The position numbers and the translations under genes are program-made. Source: Raillietiella orientalis (taxonomy: Eukaryota). Taken from it: DNA of 64,000 nucleotides. Every line of letters starts with the position of its first letter. Within the stretch, counting starts at the first letter, position 1. Under the pieces are notes generated by a model that was given only the letters and a program-made list of their open reading frames with translations, did no database searches and was not told the DNA's origin. Below, piece by piece: positions 53,265-64,000 of this stretch. The DNA lies in the NCBI GenBank assembly GCA_036172245.1, contig JAYWIR010000024.1:124001-188000 (forward strand). Reading direction: 5' to 3'.

Positions 53265-55040
53265 CCGGTAAAAGTGCACGTGTTAAATGCGCTCATGGAG
53301 GCATGCGGGAACACGGGATTTCGCCATAGAGGGCCCCATTTTTTGAGGGGGAAGGCATAGGGCAAGATGCTTTCCAGCTTACTTCATGGCTTCCAATCGA
53401 CCAACTCGTGAATTAAGGGAAAGAGAAATCTCCCCCGACAGCAGTGGCTGGACTCTTGCGGCAAGAATCCCTAAGACTCATCCCTAATCTCCGCGTGAGC
53501 AATAAACACGATCAAGGACATGCATGACGAGCTGGTAGCACTGCTCAAGAGGGCCATCTTGAAACACAGAGTGGTTCTGGGGGGTCCGCCTCCAGAAGAG
53601 TTCCGGCGCTGGAGGTTCATGCAGCCACGAAGCGTCACGACGGGCTGGTGAATAAGATCAGGAGGATGGCGGCAGGCCGATGGGAGCAGCGCGTCCCCAG
53701 TCAGCTCATCCCAGAGTCCGTAAGCCAGAAAGGCATCGGTGTGACCCAAGGTACCCTGCGAGGAATGTAGCCACGTGTTCACCTGCCCGACGCTGAGCCG
53801 GGACTGGGCCAAGCTGAAGGAGGTGACAGGCCTGCAGAGGATGGACAAGACGGAGATCCTGGCAGGGATGTTTGAAGGGAACGGCAACGTTCCCCGATAC
53901 AACCCAACGGTCCGCATCACCATCGCCCTCTTTATCACGAGCATCGTGATGAGAAGGACAAAAATGCGGACCGGAATAAACAGTATGCCAGCTGTGGAAA
54001 TCCTCAGAGGATCAGTGAAAAGGGAAATTGGGATCAGAAGCTGTGGACGCATCCCCACTTTGACGTACTGTCACATCCTGCGAAGGATTCAGGAACATTG
54101 TCAAGTGAGTGAATTCCCCACGCAAACTCAGTGACTGGATGCCCCAAGACCAACTCCGAAAGTGAAAAAGAGTGACAACCAGTGACACTGACCAACGCAT
54201 GTATGCATGAATGAAAGTAGGAAATAAATTCACCCCACTGCAAGTCGGACTGGGAAAAGAGAAATGCAGCCACATGGGCCATATGCCGGCGACGACCTGC
54301 ACAACACCCAAGAGCTGCCATTGGTGACCTGAGAGACGACTGCCGGCGCTTCATCGCGTGGATGGAATTCCAGGACCACGCCCTTCCGTACCGGCCCCAG
54401 CTCGGACCAACGTCACCCCGGTCAGAGAAGTCTGGTAGATCATGCAACACCGCCGGTGGCGCAGCGCGGAGCGACTGAGCTCATTCCTAGCCATCCGCCT
54501 ACGTCCCCCTCGGAAGAGAACAACGCTACGCCCGCATCCACTGCAGGAGGAGGAGATCGATGGGCTGGAGCGCTCCAACGCCAGCCTGAGGGACGAGGCC
54601 CAGAAAGAATAAGCCCTGCAGCAGACTCCTCCAATGAGGAAAACGTCCGCGCATATTTCTCAGACGACGACTGGACCTGAGCCGGTCAGACCAGGGCCAG
54701 GGGCGGCACGCACGAGGGGAGGTGGGAGAACCGCAGGGCGTTCAAGATACCCCTGCGAAAAGAGGAGAGGAAGGTCCCAGAAACACAAACATCCCCACAG
54801 GCACCAGGTGGTACAGTTCCTGTCGTTGCTGCAGACAGGAACGACGCTGTGCTTGTCCCTTGGAGCGAAGAACGAACGAAAGCGGAGCTCGGTGGTGTTT
54901 CTATGGCGACGCTGCATTGTTAGTTTGTTCGATCGATTTGCTGTCTAAAGTGCGTTCATCCCACCGCGAGTCGTTTGTCCTACTGACCCCTGCACATTCG
55001 TTTTTTTGTAAAATAAACACCCCGGTGCACCTGGGTGCAA
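53265..55040 (+). mobile_element. Host H1: degraded Tx1-like ORF1 (zinc knuckle) followed directly by 3'UTR; candidate HAL1-like ORF1-only element, interrupted by C1
   Basis: Rejoined across the C1 TSD: VKVHVLNALME...FPAYFMASNR...KCSHMGHMPATTC...KSCHW (broken CCHC knuckles), low-complexity tail to TGA at 54680, then AATAAA hairpin at 55012-55037. No RT is visible. Confidence 0.45.
53430..54255 (+). mobile_element. Element C1: 5'-truncated L1/Tx1-like LINE 3' end
   Basis: 10-bp TSD AAAGAGAAAT (53420-53429 / 54256-54265). ORF ...HVFTCP...EILAGMFEGNGNVPRYNPTVRITIALFITSIV is homologous to C2. Ends AATAAATTCACCCCAC...GGACTGGGA. Confidence 0.8.
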
Positions 55041-55099
55041 AGAGCGAGTCTCCCCCTCCCCCTCCCCCTTAAAAAAAGGAAAGTGTGAATAGTTTTTTT

Positions 55100-55273
55100 T
55101 AAAAAAAAAAAAATAATTGTTTATTTTTTCCCGCTCCCCTCCGTGGTGTTGTGAACCTCCTGGTCGACCTCTCCCTTTTTGGATTGCCGGACTTGCTGGG
55201 ACGTGAAGTCCTACTGACTCCTGTATGTTTATTTTTTTTGCAAAATAAACGTCTAGGCGCATCCAGGTGAAAA
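55100..55273 (+). mobile_element. Short 3'-end fragment related to the H1 3' end
   Basis: Shares GTCCTACTGACYCCTGYA, a T tract and AATAAAC with 54977-55018. Terminal motif at 55244-55269, then AAAA. Confidence 0.6.
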
Positions 55274-55689
55274 CTCGAGTCGGATCCGGGGGAAAGTACG
55301 AAGCGAAGTTCGAGTAGTCACAGTCGACCTTCGCATCGCTAAAAAGCCAGGGGCGCATTGAAAGGCCTGCTAGAAAGAGAGGTAGGCATACGAGGCAGGG
55401 TGCCAGTCTGAACCATCCGCTACACCCTGCTAAAGATCCAACAAGGCGTGCAACAAATGACACCTTCAGCGAGTGACAAGGACAGAGTGCTTTGCGGTGC
55501 TATCCGACCCACCCTTGTCTTCCCTTCGCTCCCTCCTCCCTTTGTCTCTCCACCTCCGAAGAACCCCCTCCTTCCATACCGCAAGACAAATCTTTGCCCC
55601 GTGGAAAAGGACATGGATAAAACAAAAACGACAAAGGACAATGCTAGGAGTGGTTTAAGGAAATTTCTTTACACTTTGGTTCTTTGAAT

Positions 55690-58390
55690 TGTGTTTGAGT
55701 GCATGAAACGAAAATTAATCCACCTCACTGCAATGAGGACAAGGGGAAAGTCATCACACTCAATGTGACCTGCACCTTCGAAAAGCCAGCCAAGGTCTTT
55801 GGAAGACGCCAGGAAGTGCAAGCAGAGCGATCACTGTGCCCTGGACATCCACCTCTGTGCCTGTCCGAAGACGAGGTCCCACATAGGCGAGCCGGCCCCA
55901 CTCTGGGGAGAAATTGCTCTCCGGCAATGTCCATCGCCATCGCCCGATGTCTTCTGAAGGTAACGGATAGTTCACCGCCAGCAGCGCCCCAGCCGTGCCA
56001 TACGATAAGATGACACCGAAGAAAATGTCCGAGAAAACCCGTTCAAGACGGCGGAGACCTCAGGCAGTGAGTGAAACCATCCGGATGCTGCTGCGCATTC
56101 CCTGCTTGCTTAGCAAAAACACAACCGAGGACGAACTCCTAGAAAAGCAAGCATCAGAGTTTCCCCAAGTCCCACTAGGGGTGGGGTGAATTTATTTTCT
56201 TTTACATTCATACTACAATTTCATTCATACAAGTTACACAGGAAAACTTCACTACACTTCACGAGTATTCTCTTGAAGTCTATTTCTTTGGGTCTCTGAA
56301 AGTTCACTGCACTTTTTCACCTGGGCATCGTTTGAGCCCAGATGCTGCCTTCAATCCTTTTCAGGATGTGACGGTATTTCCAGGCCTGCACTCTTCCACA
56401 GTTCCTGACTCCTTCTGGAAAAGCCCTTTAAGGATGTCCATCGAATATACGGCAGTCCTGGTGGTCTTCATCTTTCACCACCGCACAAGAATGGCGGTGA
56501 TGAAGAGGGCGATGGTCACTCTTACCATTGGGTTATAGCATGGAACAGTTCCATTTCCTTGGAACATCCCTGCCAAGACCTCCATGGTCGAGGCATTTGC
56601 AGCCCGATGACCCTTTTCAGGGTATATCACTCGGTTTGCAATGTGGGGCAGATCAAAACATGCCGTCTTGTATCGATGCCACCACATGTCTGCAGATTTC
56701 TTCTTCCCTTTTGCCCGTGAAAAACTTCATTCTGGATCCACTCAGGATGCCAACATGGTAAAACATAAGGAGGTTATCTTGAGCGTCCGGTGGTAGGTCA
56801 CTCCTCCAGGGCGCCGTTCCAATCGCTAGTGGATTAAATCCACTGCTGGCGTGGCGGTCGGCGGCTTCTTGGAGGGCACTGGTGTCTTTTTCTTCGACTA
56901 TTAGTCGGCGAACATTGATCTTGGTTACCCTGGACCACGCGAAGTCGGTATGGTTTTTCCACACTAAGTGGGTCCTATGGGTGAAACTGCCAGAGATGCT
57001 TTGGATGTAACGGAGCACCCTGGAATGGTGTAGGTATCATTGCCGTCTCCATGTCTCAGTGGCTTTCAAAGTAACTCTGGACCGCTGGCGTATCCAGCTC
57101 CTCGTGTCATCCTGCACGGGGAGCATCTACGGGATAACCAGGATGGATTCCTCCTGCCAGAGTTCTTTGCTTTTAGGGATGATCTTGATTTGTTCTTTCC
57201 TTATTAGTTGCTGTTTTCTCCGCCATGCTGGGTCAGTGGTGGACCATTCGCCCAATCTGCCGAGCAGCGCAGTCATCAGGCCTCTCGAGTTGTTCACCAA
57301 CAGCGAGTACGCCCTGTGCGCTGCGTACGGTCAGTCGTCCCAGTTGGAAGACATGTCCAGGATTTGTCGCACCTCCATGATGTCCACGGCGTGTGCAGGA
57401 GACTTCATCCCGGTCCCATCTTCTTCCTTAGGGCGACATAGTGGTTTGAGGCGTACTCTCGGTCGGTATCCTCCCCAAAGGGTCTTTCTCTGAAGCTTTT
57501 CCACCTCTCTCTTGGTATCTTTCAACATTCTGTAGAAGGCTGCTCCAAAGAGTATCTTTGGAAGGAGTACTCCATTCCAAAGATTAGCCCTCTTCTTCAT
57601 GTTAAAGTCCGAACTGGTATACTTCGCTCCTTCTGCTGCTGCTTTCCCCAGGATTTCTTTCCACAGTAATTGGGATGCTGGTGCTTCGCCAATGTGGACA
57701 CCCAGGTACTAAATTCGATCCACCGTACGGAATCCTTCCCTCGTGAGTGTAGAGAGGTCCAGGATTCCGACGGGCAGAAGCTGGCTTTTTGGGGCATTGA
57801 TTCTTAAGCCCATTCCTTGTTCCATTAGCTCCACCACATGCAGAAACCCTCGCTGATCTCTCCTCTTTTAGGAAGAAGAGAAGACCATCTGCGTAGGCTA
57901 GATGGGTGAAGAGCAAGCATCAGAGAGGGACCGTAAATGCGGAGCGCGCCAAGAAGAGGAACAGGGCCAGGCTTCTTGGCTGAGCCTGATCAGGCCACGT
58001 CAGCAAGTATTGACCGAGGGAACGGAGGAAGTGAGCAGACAGGATCCAACGACTGCAGGCGAGGCCAGGGGCAGAGCAAGAACGTCCTGACGGGCTGCCA
58101 GCCCAGCCCACGAACTCTTGATGTCCCCTCGAGCTGCGAGGAAGTGCTGGAAGCGAGCCGTCGAACCAGCAGAGGCTGGAGATGTGCTGACGACCAGCCT
58201 GTCCAATAGGGCGCTGCTACGCGGGGAAAAAAAATATCCTGGGGCATATACGCTGGGAGCGTCGGATAGGTGACCTCCTGTGGTGAAGGGGACCCTCCAG
58301 CACCACACAATCTTTTCTTTGTTTTCACCTCTTTTTTTCTCCTTTTTTTCAACACCTCCGTAACGAAGAAAGCGTGAAGGATAGGAAGAT
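55690..58390 (+). mobile_element. Host H2: degraded retroelement (ORF1-like knuckle, T-rich 3' tract), interrupted by C2
   Basis: RKCKQSDHCALD knuckle-like remnant near 55810. Reading frame is continuous across the C2 TSD (ELLEKQASE|RDRKCGARQEEE). CCCTCCAGCAC + T tract at ~58293-58350 resembles the end of element A. Confidence 0.4.
56160..57911 (-). mobile_element. Element C2: 5'-truncated L1/Tx1-like LINE from the RT active-site motif to the 3' end, degenerate
   Basis: Exact 14-bp TSD AGCAAGCATCAGAG (56146-56159 / 57912-57925). HLAYADG (YADD remnant), KRANLWNGVLLPKILF...LWGG...LCRPKEEDGTG, EVLAGMFQGNGTVPCYNP. Several frameshifts; same 3' end as C1. Confidence 0.9.
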
Positions 58391-60564
58391 AGTAGAAGCC
58401 TGATTCCGCACATTCCACGATGATGGATGGTACTCGTGGTCCTTAGAGGAGCAGAGTTGCGGGGGCAGCATACGCCCGTGCTTCCGGGATTTGCTGTGTC
58501 GTCGCTGCTGCTCGAATTTCCAGTCTCTTTTTGGGTTTGTAGCAATACGGGCCAACTCAAGACGCGAAGTAGTGTGTCGAAGGCTTCCGTCCTCCTTTCA
58601 AGGGTCACTCCTCTTCATCTGGACGCATGATGGAGGCCTTCGGACCCAAGAAAACGGGTTCCGTCGACAGTAGCCACAGGGCACAACTGCAACGAGTCGA
58701 GGACCTTCAGTCTTTTCGAAGCTACGCCGAAAGGGACCACTCTAGCAGGGACTCCAGCACCATCCTTTTTGAAGATCACAAGATCACCGCCATCTGGAGG
58801 CACCAAAGGAGGAAATTTCCATCATCCTCAAGAAGGTGCAAAGGACGCCTGCGCCCTCTTGAGCACATGATGAAATCCTTCGCTCAACCTCCACATGTAA
58901 AGACGTTCATTTATTTATTTTTATCTCCTCCTCCCTCCTCCTCCTCCCTTTTTTTCCTCTTCCTTCTTTGTTCCTCCTCCTTTTCTTCCTTCCCTTTCCT
59001 TTCTTTCTCCACCTTTTCTTCTTTTCCTCTTACTCCTCCTCTTCCCTCTCCATCCTCCCACCTTTTCCGAAGCAGCAGACCTCGCTGTGCGACCTGGTGC
59101 ATAGGAGGGACAGTCTCCTGGGCAGAAACGAGCGCGGAAGAATCCAGAATCCCAGTGCGGGTGAGGGTGGCTTCCCTTGCAGACTTTCTTTCGCGAGCGC
59201 TCCTGCTTGCTCATGATGGAGATGACAGAAGGCTTCACAGCGGCTCTGATCCGACAGGACAAGGGTCGTAAAGGGTGCTTTTCTGAGTCGTTGTCCTGGC
59301 CTCGTGGACGCGTATGGGGGAAGCTGCTCTTTGCTGGAGGGGGCAAAGAGGGTGAGATATAGCATGGTCCCTCACAATGTCGTCCGTTCTCTTTCCCTTC
59401 GTCCTCCTCCCAAGGAGCTCTGCGAGGAGCTGACCCTGGAAGACTCCGCGAAACCCGAGTCACTCACCTTCGGGGCGGCGAGAGAGCGAGTCAACCGCTC
59501 TCCGCCTCAGGAAGGTCATGGGTCCTCGGACGGCTTGCCAAGTGAAGACTCTCCAAAGGAGGAAGAAGCGATCTGCTGCCGGACGCGCGGAGGACTTCGT
59601 CAAGCCAGAAAACACGCGAGAGCTCAGGATGGTAGTTTCCAGCACGTTCGCACGCCCCCTTCCAGGGTCGCAGTGGCACCCGCGGTTCGGAGCGAAAGCG
59701 GATGCGCAAGCTCTCGCGATGCGAACGACAACCGCGGAACGGCTGCGACAGCTCCAGGAGTGACTGATGATTCCGCAAAGGGATGATCCGGCCAGATCTT
59801 CTGCATCTGCGATGCGCATCCAATCAGGGTCTCCACCACACAGGTTCCTCTTTGTCTGCAGCTCTGGGATGATTCGGTCCCGGAGAATCCGCCTGGAACG
59901 TGCGATACTGCGCTGCGCGTCCTCCCCGCAATCGGCTCCACAAAGACGCGCAAAGGAAGGGAACGTAGCTGAGCTGAAACTGAGCTACATGGAAAGAGGA
60001 CACGAGCGCGGCATCCAGCATAGTGGCGCTGTGCTCGCGTTTCGATTCTGGTGCAGCTGCTCCTCCTGGGTTACCCGCTTTCTCCACGACGCACGCCCAG
60101 GTTCTTGTCCGGCGACACGAACACTCGCCGCCTTCCTTCCGGGTCCCGGCGATCTCCTTCCGGATGTCTGCGGCGCCCGCACCCTTCACTCCCGCTGTGG
60201 TTTTCGCCTCAGATTCCTCTTTAAGCGAGGGACCCAGCCCCGAACGAGATGCGGCCTGCAGGGGTGAACACCAACTGCAAAGTCGGTGCTCCATCCACAG
60301 ATCAGTAGGGCTGGAGCCACGAAGGCAAACCAGGATGAGGTGCAGTTTCGAGAAAAAGGTCGGCAAAATGGAGGAAGAAAAAACAGAAAGCGCTCTTGCA
60401 GGGGGTGAACACGAACGACACGTTGTCTTCAGCAGCCACCCCCTTCTCGTACAGCAAGAAGTTACCTTTCGCAGCCTGATGAGACCAGGGGTACACATAG
60501 GAGAGGAGAGCAAGAAAACCCTTTATTTTCTCGAGGCATTTGAAAGCAGGGACGACACAAGCGT

Positions 60565-63536
<2,972 letters not shown>

Positions 63537-64000
63537 CTGTTGGCTTTCACACAAACTCAGTCATAGAATTGCACGACAACACCAGGATCTGTTGACTTCA
63601 AGGTACCGCCTTGAAACCACACGGTTTCGAATTCCTCTGGCATGTACTGCCCTTTTGGCTCCCTACGGTGGGCTCCCAGTCCTCGTGTGCGAGACGGATC
63701 TCTGACTCGTCGCTGCGAGCAGAGCTTCCCAGACGAAGTCGATTTTGCAATTCCTCCTGCCAACAGCTCACTGCATCCGGCCACCCCGAAGTATCCTGTG
63801 GCTGTGATCGACTGAAGTTTTTTCTTTTTCGATTTTTTTTCCCCTTTTGCTGCAAGTGGGCGAGTTTCTGGTTTTTCGATTCTTTCACCAGATTGCACTC
63901 CATGTTTCAGGGAACGCTTGTCTTTCGTGAGGACCTTCCACGGATAAAAATCTTTCGAATATCCGGTGATCCCGGGAAAAACACCTCGGATCTTTACTGA

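Overview
Eukaryotic (invertebrate animal, probably ecdysozoan-like; not determinable exactly) genomic DNA with spliceosomal introns that are either about 45-70 nt or hundreds to thousands of nt. Four intact multi-exon genes can be reconstructed by hand with GT-AG introns and consistent phases: two tandem lysosomal phospholipase A2/LCAT-family paralogues (11533-23944 and 29115-40703, +), a canonical Ras GTPase (45085-46440, +) and a flavin polyamine/spermine oxidase (60565-63536, -). Almost all ORFs in the supplied track are spurious. The rest is rich in 5'-truncated L1/Tx1-like non-LTR retrotransposon insertions, several delimited by target-site duplications. Most notable: (1) seven insertions from diverged families end in the same 25-26 nt AATAAA+hairpin motif, and five of them (four sequence variants) carry a covarying multi-stem 3'UTR structure; (2) a ~660 bp Tx1-derived element sits at the same position in two diverged copies of a tRNA-headed SINE-like repeat; (3) probable ORF1-only (HAL1-like) elements host nested LINEs; (4) the two phospholipase genes share an ~820 bp near-identical tract including introns while the rest has diverged. 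All alignments, counts and folds were done by eye.
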